Position numbers and translations under genes: made by a program. Under the pieces are notes generated by a model, which was not told the DNA's origin, did not search any database, and saw nothing but the letters and a program-made list of their open reading frames with translations. Below are positions 1-8,664 of a stretch of 42,282 nucleotides of DNA, in pieces (position 1 is the stretch's first letter; each line of letters begins with the position of its first letter). The stretch is from a virus (Duplodnaviria; Caudoviricetes): IMG/VR virus record IMGVR_UViG_3300023252_000006, positions 1-42,282 of that record; one strand, written 5' to 3'.

Positions 1-86
1 AGGTGTGGCCGAGTGGTTTAAGGCAACGGTCTTGAAAACCGTCGACTGTAACAGGTCCATGAGTTCGAATCCCATCGCCTCCGCCA
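1..86 (+). tRNA. tRNA-Ser(UGA), first ~2 nt outside the window; prophage integration target
   Basis: D-loop GAGTGG, anticodon stem ACGGT-CTTGAAA-ACCGT (TGA at 33-35), long variable arm GACTGTAACAGGTC, TTCGAAT T-loop, ends GCCA at 86. Confidence 0.95.
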
Positions 87-134
87 TATTCAGTACTTCA
101 AAGCCCTGATTATTCAGGGCTTTGTCGTTTCTGG
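27..134 (+). repeat. Left att (tRNA-proximal), 108-bp direct repeat
   Basis: Identical to 41599-41706 except C/T at position 91; covers the tRNA 3' half from the anticodon stem through the downstream hairpin. Confidence 0.95.
100..130 (+). terminator. Hairpin/terminator downstream of the tRNA (duplicated at 41672-41702)
   Basis: AAAGCCCTGA-TTAT-TCAGGGCTTT perfect 10-bp stem followed by GTCGTTT. Confidence 0.75.
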
Positions 135-165
135 CGCTCTGGAAATTCTGCTGACCTCGTGATGT

Positions 166-199
166 GTTCCATAACTATTCTGGACGCGTTCCATAACTA
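166..199 (+). promoter_or_regulatory. Putative integrase arm-type sites (two direct repeats)
   Basis: GTTCCATAACTA at 166-177 and 188-199; same 11-mer at 41486-41496 and an inverted variant at 41547-41557 inside the other prophage end. Confidence 0.7.
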
Positions 200-295
200 A
201 CAGCTTTTCACTCCCCTCTCCGGCGTCCTGCCGAACTTAAAACACTCTTCATGTAACACGGTGCTACGCTAGGTTCTTCCACGGAGGAAACCGCA

Positions 296-505
296 ATGTC
301 CAACTCTGATCTGCTCCCTTCCCTGCTCTTCAAAATCAACGAAAACCAACTCGCCCTCGAGGCTGCCATCATGGAGCTCACCCTCTGGGTTGAGAAACGT
401 GGAGCTACGGAAATCGGCGAGAATGTTCGTAGCTCCCTCACTGCGATCGACAGAAATGAGGAATTCATCAAGATGACCCTGGCCGTATTGATGACACCTG
501 ACTGA
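296..505 (+). CDS. Small hypothetical protein at prophage left end (69 aa)
   Basis: GGAGG RBS, extended -10-like TGCTACGCT upstream, helical protein-like sequence. Confidence 0.75.
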   Translation: MSNSDLLPSLLFKINENQLALEAAIMELTLWVEKRGATEIGENVRSSLTAIDRNEEFIKMTLAVLMTPD

Positions 506-541
506 CAGCTCGTCGCCTCACTCTCGCCGCTCTGCCTTGCC

Positions 542-570
542 TCGATTACTGTATATCCAAACAGTATAAA
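542..570 (+). promoter_or_regulatory. SOS (LexA) box inside a recA-like promoter
   Basis: CTGTATATCCAAACAG (549-564, CTG-N10-CAG) between TCGATT (542-547) and TATAAA (565-570), 17-bp spacer. Confidence 0.75.
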
Positions 571-583
571 GCAAGGTGCACCC

Positions 584-940
584 GTGGATCCCTCCGATAT
601 CGAAAATACCGAAGACTGGCTCGGCTGCCCGACGCCGCTCGAAACCTGCCGCCAGCAGCTCAGGCTCTACGAAAATGAATTCGAGGAACTGAATCGCCAG
701 CTCCGCGAGGAGCGGGAGCGGATATTCAAGCTGGTCGAGATGAACACCGAAACCGGCAAAGACCGTGACGCGCTACGGAAACAACTGCAGGCAGCCCAGG
801 CAGATGTGGTTCGCCTTCAGTCTCAAACAACTGTGCTTTCGAGCGACCTCCGCTCCATGAACGACATCAAACATCAGAACACGTACCTCTTTCAGGAAAA
901 CCAGCGCCTCCTCAGGGAGGCACGGGAACGCGAGAGCTGA
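584..940 (+). CDS. Probably SOS-regulated coiled-coil hypothetical protein (118 aa)
   Basis: AAGG RBS with GTG start, heptad-rich sequence, directly downstream of the LexA box. Confidence 0.75.
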   Translation: MDPSDIENTEDWLGCPTPLETCRQQLRLYENEFEELNRQLREERERIFKLVEMNTETGKDRDALRKQLQAAQADVVRLQSQTTVLSSDLRSMNDIKHQNTYLFQENQRLLREARERES

Positions 941-1433
941 TCGCTTTCGCGTAAGCCTGGCACGCCTGCAATGCGATCAATCCCCGGTCACCTTCGGCGG
1001 TGATGGCGACAATTCGTTGAGCATGCGCTGGGTCAAGTCGGGCTCGTACGGCTGCATGATCCACGCCGCCGGTGCCGGTGGTGGCAGGCACTGAACAGCC
1101 ACCGGCTGAACCCGCATCGATGAGGACTGACAGCCGTAGATCAGAAGTGGCAAGGCGATCGCGCAGGCGATCCTGGTCTCTTTGAGCATTGGTCATTTTC
1201 TCGGTGTGGGTTTTGTCGCTGACCACCAGCCGCTGCTCGATCGCCAGCCGCTTATCCTGCTCGGCCTGCTGCGCGGTGGCAGCCGCCATGGTCAGCTGAT
1301 TCAGGGTTTCGGCGTGCAGCCGGGCCTGTTCGGCCAGTTGGCGGCCGTAGCGCCAGCCCTGAAACTGCCAGGCACAGGCGGCGCCGATCAGGATCAGCAG
1401 TAGCGCGCCAATCACTTTCCACCGCACGGCCAT
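912..1433 (-). CDS. Rz: Inner-membrane spanin (Rz-like)
   Basis: True start at 1433 overlaps endolysin stop (TGATG); N-terminal TM (VIGALLLILIGAACAW) then coiled coil; contains embedded lipoprotein ORF. Confidence 0.85.
   Translation of the reverse strand: MAVRWKVIGALLLILIGAACAWQFQGWRYGRQLAEQARLHAETLNQLTMAAATAQQAEQDKRLAIEQRLVVSDKTHTEKMTNAQRDQDRLRDRLATSDLRLSVLIDAGSAGGCSVPATTGTGGVDHAAVRARLDPAHAQRIVAITAEGDRGLIALQACQAYAKAISSRVPVPP
977..1189 (-). CDS. Rz1: Outer-membrane lipoprotein spanin (Rz1-like), embedded in Rz
   Basis: Lipobox LLIYG|C, Pro-rich mature part (CLPPPAPAAW), nested in another frame of Rz. Confidence 0.8.
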   Translation of the reverse strand: MLKETRIACAIALPLLIYGCQSSSMRVQPVAVQCLPPPAPAAWIMQPYEPDLTQRMLNELSPSPPKVTGD

Positions 1434-1858
1434 CACGGCACATCCTTGAAGAAGACATGCCCGCCAAGCTTCAGGGTCTGCTTGGCCTTCGCCGCCCAGG
1501 CCGGTGGCGTCTTCATGGCGATCGCGTAGTAATGCGTGGCGCCACCGGTGGGATCTGGCACTTTTCCATCGATCACCTGGTCTGCAACAATCCGGCACTG
1601 CGCCAACTCGCGGAACGGGATGTCCCGCGCGCCGCTGAGAAACGGGAAGTTCGGATCGTTCTTGTTCCAGCAGCTGAACTGGTACTTCGCCTGGCACACG
1701 CCAGCATACCCCTCCCCCCACCACGACCTGGGGTTTCCATCATTAACCCGATTGTGGATCGTCCAGGCCACGGCAATCTTGCCCGCCGGCGATTCGCCTC
1801 GAGCCTCTCCCCACAGCGTTCGGGCAAGAACGTCCCGGTCACTCTCAGTTACGGTCAT
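1433..1858 (-). CDS. Endolysin, cell-wall hydrolase SleB/Hydrolase_2 family
   Basis: LARTLWGEARGE, QFSCWN, DPTGGATHYY, GGHVFFK motifs; start 1858 after GGAG RBS. Confidence 0.85.
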   Translation of the reverse strand: MTVTESDRDVLARTLWGEARGESPAGKIAVAWTIHNRVNDGNPRSWWGEGYAGVCQAKYQFSCWNKNDPNFPFLSGARDIPFRELAQCRIVADQVIDGKVPDPTGGATHYYAIAMKTPPAWAAKAKQTLKLGGHVFFKDVP

Positions 1859-1862
1859 CACT

Positions 1863-1897
1863 TTCTCCAGGCAATAAAAAACCGCCTCTCGGGCGGT
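1863..1897 (-). terminator. Late-operon terminator+RBS module (related copies at 7962-7994 and 8627-8660)
   Basis: On - strand ACCGCC-loop-GGCGGT TTTTT ATTGCCTGGAGAA. Confidence 0.7.
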
Positions 1898-1917
1898 ATC
1901 GGTCGAATGTGCGGTTG

Positions 1918-2244
1918 TCAGGAAGGACGCGCCGGGCGGTGATCCGCTGACGGATAGTTCGGCGCACCGGAGGCCCAGGCGCGCACGCCGATGCGGTAGT
2001 CGCGCCACTCACGCTCAGTCCCTGGGAGCGCTGCCGGGTCGCCGTCATCAAGGGCTTGCAGTTGCGCGGCAATGAAAGGCATTTCGCCTTCGCGCCAGAC
2101 CGCCTCGGCTTCACTCGCGACCACCAGGTCAATCAGGGCCTGAGGCACCTCTTCGACCAGCGATTGCCCGGGCAGAAGCGCGTCAGACGAATATTCGGAA
2201 TCAACAGCCATCCAGCCGGTGTCCCAGATCACATATGGCATCAT
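1918..2244 (-). CDS. Tail fibre assembly/chaperone-like protein
   Basis: Coupled to the fibre gene; C-terminal WRDYRxxxRxW...P..RP.RP pattern typical of Pseudomonas fibre chaperones. Confidence 0.7.
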   Translation of the reverse strand: MMPYVIWDTGWMAVDSEYSSDALLPGQSLVEEVPQALIDLVVASEAEAVWREGEMPFIAAQLQALDDGDPAALPGTEREWRDYRIGVRAWASGAPNYPSADHRPARPS

Positions 2245-3374
2245 CGTTCCATCCCATAACCGGTAACGTCGATAGAAAGGGCTCCACCGGCGGCCGCCAA
2301 GTAAAACAAGATGCGTTGGGAGCCGTCAGTGAAGAACGTGGTGTTGTAGCGAACCCCGGCGGTGCCGGCCTGTACCTGCGCACCAGTGAAGTCTGGCGTT
2401 CCAAGGAACGAAGTCGCGGAGCCCGAGTTATTGATGTGCAATCGCACCGATCGGCTGGTGACCGGTACAGCCGACGAAAGCGAAACGGCCGTCGGAGTGG
2501 TTTGCGTGGCACCCGAGACGCAGCGAAACGGGGTCACGGTGGTGGTGTCCTGATAATTCAGGAAATTGTCCGCGGTGACCCAGAAAGGAATCAGGTTTCC
2601 TGAAGCGTTGGTCAGTACAGCCCCGATAAATCTCCGGGTCGTATCGGTGGACTTAACCCTGGCCGTTCCGGAGTAGACCTCGCTGGGAACGGTGGTGACC
2701 ATTTCGACGGACGCGTTCCCGTTGTTGCTCCACAGGTACAGGTAGTACCAGGTGCTGGCCGCCAGAGCTAAACCGGAAAGGGAAAGCAGCGGTGCCGAGA
2801 TCACGTCGTTCAGGCCTGGAATGTAGGCTGCACCGGGCAGGATGTTCAGCGCGTTCCCTGACACCCGGACCGGATACAGCCCGTCAATGTATCCCTTGCC
2901 AACGCTCAGGACACCCAACGCAGTTCTGGCGTTCAGCGCCGTGGTTGCACCGGTACCGCCTTTCGAAATCGGAGTGATCGCGTCAATGCCCAAGGCCGCC
3001 CGAGCCCCAGCCTGATCCGTAGCGCCGGTACCGCCTTTGCTCAGTGGCAGAATGTCGTAGTTGCCCGTAGTTCCAAGAGCCGCGAGTTTCGCGCCGTACT
3101 GGTTGACGATGGAGCGCAGCGCGTCGGCCGAGTCCTTCACGTAACCCTGCATCGGTGCCAGTGCATAGCCGCCGGCGCCGGTGGTCGCGCCGTTGTAGGG
3201 CGGCGAAATGGACAGCGCCGTATCGCTGGCAATGTTGGTGACTTCATACCAGCCACCGTCCGGGCCACGAAACGCATCACCGACGCGACCATTGGAGATG
3301 AACGCGGTACCGGTACCGATCACCGCGTTGGAATTTTGGGTGACAGAAACCGTTCCCGATTTATACCAGGGCAT
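2241..3374 (-). CDS. Side tail fibre protein
   Basis: MPWYKSGTVSVTQNSNAVIGTGT N-terminus, repeated PxSKGGTGAT motifs, position after tail tip genes. Confidence 0.85.
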   Translation of the reverse strand: MPWYKSGTVSVTQNSNAVIGTGTAFISNGRVGDAFRGPDGGWYEVTNIASDTALSISPPYNGATTGAGGYALAPMQGYVKDSADALRSIVNQYGAKLAALGTTGNYDILPLSKGGTGATDQAGARAALGIDAITPISKGGTGATTALNARTALGVLSVGKGYIDGLYPVRVSGNALNILPGAAYIPGLNDVISAPLLSLSGLALAASTWYYLYLWSNNGNASVEMVTTVPSEVYSGTARVKSTDTTRRFIGAVLTNASGNLIPFWVTADNFLNYQDTTTVTPFRCVSGATQTTPTAVSLSSAVPVTSRSVRLHINNSGSATSFLGTPDFTGAQVQAGTAGVRYNTTFFTDGSQRILFYLAAAGGALSIDVTGYGMER

Positions 3375-3396
3375 GGCTACTTCCTATAAAAATGGG

Positions 3397-4068
3397 TTAG
3401 ACAGCGATCTTTGCGAACAACGCCGGGAGCCAGAAGGCGAATGGGTTGGAAGATGCGACCGTGATCGCGTACAGCTTTTGGTTCGGAAAATCCCACCAGC
3501 AGTACAGCGCTCGCTGGGATGTCATCTTCATCCCGAAAGTGTTGATCAACAGGTATTCGTTCTCGGGAAAGTTGAAGTTGACCGAGTAGTAGTTCCGAAA
3601 AAGCCCCTGCTCGTCGTTGTCGGATTTGATGTAGGTCCAATTTTGAAAAGCCCGGGTGAACAGCGCCGCCGGGGTTCCAGAGTTGAAGATCAGCTTTCCG
3701 CTGCCGTCCCACAGCGACATCCCGTAATTCGCGACAGGCTGTGCAGAAAAGCCTGCAACGAAATACCGCCCATTCGGCTGAGCTGAGATCGCGTTGTAGG
3801 CTCGCACGTAGAAACCGGTCCAGTTACCAGGGCCGCCAGTCAGCCGCATCAGGCAAAGACCTGCGATCGCGCCGACAGTGTCAGGGCGAACGAAAACCAG
3901 AGGCGGTTCCTGAGAGGTCACCGCGACTGGAAAAGTCGTGACCGAACCCAATCCCCCCTCAAGATTTGGAGAAAAGCGGCCGGTCGCAATCACGGAAAGA
4001 CGCGCATATTCAGAGTCGAGGGTGACGACGTTGCTGTTATTGGTGAACGTGAGTCCATAATTCATCAC
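3397..4068 (-). CDS. Tail tip accessory protein
   Basis: Two YG(L/M)...(D/N)S repeats; conserved position after J in Pseudomonas lambda-like tails. Confidence 0.65.
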   Translation of the reverse strand: MMNYGLTFTNNSNVVTLDSEYARLSVIATGRFSPNLEGGLGSVTTFPVAVTSQEPPLVFVRPDTVGAIAGLCLMRLTGGPGNWTGFYVRAYNAISAQPNGRYFVAGFSAQPVANYGMSLWDGSGKLIFNSGTPAALFTRAFQNWTYIKSDNDEQGLFRNYYSVNFNFPENEYLLINTFGMKMTSQRALYCWWDFPNQKLYAITVASSNPFAFWLPALFAKIAV

Positions 4069-4391
4069 ATGAACCTTATGACGTTGAGTCGCATCGTGCC
4101 CGATGTCGGGAACCCGGCTGCGAAGGTCCGCGTGTAGTTGTAGACCCGCGCGACATCCGTGAGCATTTCTGTCTCAAACTGCTCCGCCGTACTCGAGTAG
4201 GTGTCCACGGGCACGACGACCGCGACAGAATTCCCGGCGTTACAGCCGGGCACCGCGAAGTCCTGGTAGTACTTCACGGAGGCCGGTACCGGAAACGTCA
4301 CTACTACCGACAGGACCACCCGACAGGTGAACGAGTTCTCGTCGAGCTGGAGCGCCCCATCGGCGCCCCAGACCCGCATACCATGAGCCAT
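4065..4391 (-). CDS. Small tail tip accessory protein
   Basis: GMRVWGADG..QLDENSFT motif; immediately after J. Confidence 0.65.
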   Translation of the reverse strand: MAHGMRVWGADGALQLDENSFTCRVVLSVVVTFPVPASVKYYQDFAVPGCNAGNSVAVVVPVDTYSSTAEQFETEMLTDVARVYNYTRTFAAGFPTSGTMRLNVIRFM

Positions 4392-4394
4392 TGA

Positions 4395-7300
4395 TTACCC
4401 CAGATAGCCGAGACGAACGCGTAGCACGTTGTTGGCGTCGTAGACCGAAACGTTGAGTGAATTGATCACCAGCCGCCCCTGACCGGGCACGATGCCGTTG
4501 ATCTCCAGCGTTCCGTCCTTGTTGAGAATCCAGCCTTGCTGGCCGGCGATGTAGTTGGTCGAGCTGATGTAACTGCCGATCTTGGCGTTGGTGATCGTGC
4601 CGTCGGCGATGAAGGCCGAATTCATGAACACCTGCCCGCCCTGCACTGCAAAGGGCACCGAAAGGTTGCCGTTGACTCCGTTCACCACCGCGAACCGGTC
4701 AGCAGCGACCAAGAACTGGCTTTGCAGTCCGGCCCCGGTGTTCTCGATCCCTAGGCCGATCCCAGCAGCGACGTACTGTCCCTGGGCATTGACCTGCATC
4801 TTCACCGACCACATCGTCGTCAGCTTTCCAGCGGTATCCGCATACGCGGTCGAGGTCTGCTGAATTTGCGCGGTGTTCTGCCCGACAGAAACAGACAACT
4901 GATCGATCTTCGTCGCCGTCGCCGAGTTCGTGGTCGCGACCACCTGCTCCAGCTCGGTGATGTTGGCCTCGTTCGCGGCAATTTTGACGTCGAAGGTCGT
5001 AATCCGCTGAGCAAACGCTTCGCTCTCCGACGCCCGAACCTTGCTTTCGGAGGCGATTGCCGCCGTGCTGGTCCATCCTTTGAGGGCATCCGCCAGTTCG
5101 CCCTCGCCGTTATCCTCCCGAGATGAGGCCCGCAGCGCTTGGAACGCTGTAGCCTGCGCCGTGACAACCCCGTCGAGTTCGGTAATCTCGGCGGTATTGA
5201 TCGCAACCTGCTGGGCAAGGCCATTCACCGTTTCCACGGTCTGGCCGACGTCAAGCCAGTAGGCTGGGTTCGGCGGTGGCGTGTTAGCCGGTACCGGGCC
5301 GGTGGCCTGGTAGATGCGTTTTCCCTGCACCACCAGGTCGTACTCCACGTAGGTGGCGTCCGGGTCGTAACCTTCAAGCCCGTCCAATGCATCAATCTGA
5401 GCTTGAAGCCCCGGGATTTTGTCGATCTCGTCGAGAATGTCCTGGCCAAGCTCAGTACGACCAATCTCGCCGGCGATCATGTCGAGGATGTCCGCAGCAT
5501 TCGAACTGGCCTGCCCCTGCACACCGATGTCGATCGGATACCACGGCCCGATGTTTCCGATCTTGTCGACGATCCGGCCCCAGAAGTAGAACGTTGCACC
5601 GGCGCGCAGGCCCAGCATGGAAAAATCGCTCTGCGGGTAGGCCAGATCGGTCAGCTTCGTGGCGGCCTCCAAGCTGGTCGTCGGCCCGTACCAGATCTCC
5701 GTCCGCTGACTGTCCTCGGCACCTGGTGGGAAACCCCACTTCAGGTAGATGCCGAAAATCAGCGGGGTCGCCGTCAGATAACTGAGCGCCGGCGGCAGGC
5801 CTTCCTTCCCTTTCAGGTTGGTCAGGATCGAGGCACGCCAAGGCGACGTGATGTCGAACGCACTCACAGCCCGCACGCGGGCGACGTAGGCGCCGGCGTA
5901 AATGCCGACCACGTCGACGTTGGTCATCCCGGTGCGCTGCAGCTTGATCCAGTTGCCGCTGTCCTTGCGCCACTCCACGTCATAGCCCACCGCGCCGTCC
6001 ACGGCTGGCCAACTGATGGTCATGGTGGCCACGGCCAACCCCTGCACCACCGACGATGCCGACGTGAGGGTCACGCTTGCAGGCGCGGGCACCACCGTGA
6101 TCGGAATCACGCTGATTGGCCGTTCCTCCAGGCGCGCCCCAGTGTCGATATGCGCGAACTTGCTCGGATCGAATTGCAACGCGCTGATCTCGAAGTCGCC
6201 CTCGGTTGTGCGCTTGGTTCGCAGTACCCGATACAGCGGAATCGCCAAGTCATCGGCGTCGAGCGCCCACTGCAATTGCGCTACCGGCGGCTCGCTGTAC
6301 GCAACAGTCACGGTAACGGCGCGGCCGTTGACGCTCTGAACGGTTCGGCCTTCGGCTCGGCCACCCGGCAAGTTGATGATCAGCCGATCACCGGCCTTGG
6401 CCTGGGTGTCGCGGTCGAGCGTCACCACGCGGCCAGACGCCGACGAGATCCGGCCGCCAACTTCACGGCCTGCCAGCAACGAGTCCGCCACTGGGATGAT
6501 GTGTCCGGGCAGCGGGATAACGCCCTCCATGCCAGTCTTGAACGACACGGTTCGGTCTTGGTTGTTGCTGAGGATCGCCCACTTACCACGACGCTGCGCC
6601 TCGGATGCGCGGGTACAGCCAATCGCGCTGAGCTCTGTCGGCCGGTCGCCGTAGCGGCGCTGAAGATCCAGGTCAGCGAATGGAATGACGTCGGTGTCGT
6701 AGTTGTTGGCCGGGTTGTCGTAGCTGACCAGGGCCCGGGTGTACCTGGTCTTCGCCGATGCGCTGCCGTACGAGAACTTGCCGTCGATGACGTTGGCCCG
6801 CGTGAACACATAGTCGAAGTCCTGCGCGCGCGGCATGTCGGCCTGCATCACCAGCTGCCCCTGCGCCCAGTAGGTCATGCCCCGGTAAATCGCCGAGATG
6901 TCGCGCAGCAGCGACCAGGCGTCAGCCTTGCCCTGCAGGTTCATGTCGCAGAGGAAGCGCGGCTCCTGCCCGCCGAGCCCGTTCGGTACCAACTGATCGC
7001 AGTACTGGGCAATCCGGTACAGCTCCCACTTGTCGACCATGAACGGCTTAATGCGTTTGCCCAGGCCGAAACGCTCCTCGGTGCAGATGCCGTAGGTGAT
7101 CCACGCCGGGTTATTGGTCCAGGCTGACTTCATCGAGCCGTCCCACGTCCCGGTATAGGTGCGCAGGATCGGGTCGTAGTTACTCGGCACCATCCAGCGC
7201 CGGGCATTGCACTCAACAGTCACGGCCGGAATGTTGGTGAACTGCTCAGCGTCGAACTCGATGTAGAGCAGCGCGGTGTTCGGGTAGCGCAGCTTGGCGT

Positions 7301-7955
7301 CGATGATCTCAGTGATGCCGGCGATCAGCATGGTGTCAGCGATCTTGTTGCTGTTCTGGTTCGGCGTCAGGCGCCGCACCCGGATCTGCCAGCCAGTGGT
7401 GGCCGGCGGCAGATCAATACGACGCGAACGCTCATAACGGGTTGTGGTTTTGCCGTCGACCGCATCTGGATAAACCTGCTGATATGCGCCACCGTCAGTG
7501 GCCAGGTCGATCGCGTAATCGATGCGGTAGCCGCCGACATTGCCTTCATCGTCCACTCGCTGCAGCGCTGGCCACGCGAAGCGCATGCGTACGGCCGACA
7601 ACTGGGTGTTGGTGATCGAACGCACCCACGGCGAATCGCTGCGTAGCTCAACGTTCAGCGACGTCTCGTTCTCCACGGCCGGAATGCCCGGGATGTAGGT
7701 CTGATCCACGGAACCAGGGCGCCAGTCCCATTTCACGTTCGGGAAGTTGTAATTGCCGTTGGCATCGCGGATCGGCGTGTTGTCCAGGTAGATGTCGTAA
7801 TCCGTTGGGACGCCATCAAACTCACCTTCGCCCACGGCGATTAGAATTTTCGCCAGGTTGGTCGAGCGCAGGCTGTCGCTGGCTTCGACCGGCGACTTCG
7901 GCTTGCTGCTGCCGCCCTTATCGCCGCTGATCTCGATCTGTTCCGCTGCGCCCAT
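4395..7955 (-). CDS. J: Tail tip/central fibre protein (lambda J-like)
   Basis: 1186 aa; GEGE, YPNTAL, WTNNPAW, FN3-like middle, C-terminal SQFLVAADRFAV / FIADGTITNAKIG. Confidence 0.93.
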   Translation of the reverse strand: MGAAEQIEISGDKGGSSKPKSPVEASDSLRSTNLAKILIAVGEGEFDGVPTDYDIYLDNTPIRDANGNYNFPNVKWDWRPGSVDQTYIPGIPAVENETSLNVELRSDSPWVRSITNTQLSAVRMRFAWPALQRVDDEGNVGGYRIDYAIDLATDGGAYQQVYPDAVDGKTTTRYERSRRIDLPPATTGWQIRVRRLTPNQNSNKIADTMLIAGITEIIDAKLRYPNTALLYIEFDAEQFTNIPAVTVECNARRWMVPSNYDPILRTYTGTWDGSMKSAWTNNPAWITYGICTEERFGLGKRIKPFMVDKWELYRIAQYCDQLVPNGLGGQEPRFLCDMNLQGKADAWSLLRDISAIYRGMTYWAQGQLVMQADMPRAQDFDYVFTRANVIDGKFSYGSASAKTRYTRALVSYDNPANNYDTDVIPFADLDLQRRYGDRPTELSAIGCTRASEAQRRGKWAILSNNQDRTVSFKTGMEGVIPLPGHIIPVADSLLAGREVGGRISSASGRVVTLDRDTQAKAGDRLIINLPGGRAEGRTVQSVNGRAVTVTVAYSEPPVAQLQWALDADDLAIPLYRVLRTKRTTEGDFEISALQFDPSKFAHIDTGARLEERPISVIPITVVPAPASVTLTSASSVVQGLAVATMTISWPAVDGAVGYDVEWRKDSGNWIKLQRTGMTNVDVVGIYAGAYVARVRAVSAFDITSPWRASILTNLKGKEGLPPALSYLTATPLIFGIYLKWGFPPGAEDSQRTEIWYGPTTSLEAATKLTDLAYPQSDFSMLGLRAGATFYFWGRIVDKIGNIGPWYPIDIGVQGQASSNAADILDMIAGEIGRTELGQDILDEIDKIPGLQAQIDALDGLEGYDPDATYVEYDLVVQGKRIYQATGPVPANTPPPNPAYWLDVGQTVETVNGLAQQVAINTAEITELDGVVTAQATAFQALRASSREDNGEGELADALKGWTSTAAIASESKVRASESEAFAQRITTFDVKIAANEANITELEQVVATTNSATATKIDQLSVSVGQNTAQIQQTSTAYADTAGKLTTMWSVKMQVNAQGQYVAAGIGLGIENTGAGLQSQFLVAADRFAVVNGVNGNLSVPFAVQGGQVFMNSAFIADGTITNAKIGSYISSTNYIAGQQGWILNKDGTLEINGIVPGQGRLVINSLNVSVYDANNVLRVRLGYLG

Positions 7956-8013
7956 GCTTTCCTCCAGGCATAAAAAAACCGCCTCACGGGCGGTTGGTGT
8001 GCTGCTGTCCTGC

Positions 8014-8622
8014 TTACGTTTTGTCTTCGGCGTAGATCGACGCCGAGATGATCATTCCACCCCACCGACGCCGGCCGATGCAGATCGGGACCGGGTTGCC
8101 GCTGGCCGTGGTGTTCTTGGCGCTGCCGAAGGCGTAGGACGGTGCGTTTTCCGGGGAAGCGCTTTGCTTCAGGCCTGAGGCTTGAGGGCTGAGCAGCTGG
8201 ATCACGCCACCAATCGCCATCGACGCGCCGGCCGCATACAAAAACGGCGATGCGGCTGCAAACGGAGTAAACGACAATACGTAGGCAGCGGCGATCATCA
8301 CCGTGCCGATGATGGTCTGCAGTCCACCGGCGCGCTTGCTCCCAGCAATCACCGGAACAATGCGAATTTCGCGCGTACCGCCGAGATCGAATCCATCCAT
8401 CCCGATGTTTGCGCGATTGCGAAAGATCGCAAACTTCAGCCCAAGGCGCTCCAGCCGTTTAATTTCTTCAGCGAAACCGCTGATGGTTGCATTGAGCGCG
8501 CGGAACACTTCCACGGCGGATCCTCCGTCGAGAAGGAATTGCTTGCTTCGAAAAAACTTCTTGGCGAGCGAACCGGACAGCATCACTTTCGTCATCGGCG
8601 TGTAGGTAATTGCTGAGCACAT
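8014..8622 (-). CDS. Tail assembly protein I
   Basis: IRIVPVIAGSKRAG, SYAF..AKNT.ASGNPVP..G.R..GG. Confidence 0.9.
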   Translation of the reverse strand: MCSAITYTPMTKVMLSGSLAKKFFRSKQFLLDGGSAVEVFRALNATISGFAEEIKRLERLGLKFAIFRNRANIGMDGFDLGGTREIRIVPVIAGSKRAGGLQTIIGTVMIAAAYVLSFTPFAAASPFLYAAGASMAIGGVIQLLSPQASGLKQSASPENAPSYAFGSAKNTTASGNPVPICIGRRRWGGMIISASIYAEDKT

Positions 8623-8664
8623 GCCATTCTCCAGGCAATAAAAAACCGCCCGGAGGCGGTCTGT

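Noticed and set aside
2940-3050. Repeated GGTACCGCCTTT in the tail fibre as a possible invertible or DGR site
   Set aside because: Explained by the PxSKGGTGA protein repeat; no invertase, reverse transcriptase or TR/VR pair seen
5139-7127. 662-aa + strand ORF
   Set aside because: Antisense shadow of J; a GC3-bias artefact with no recognisable motifs
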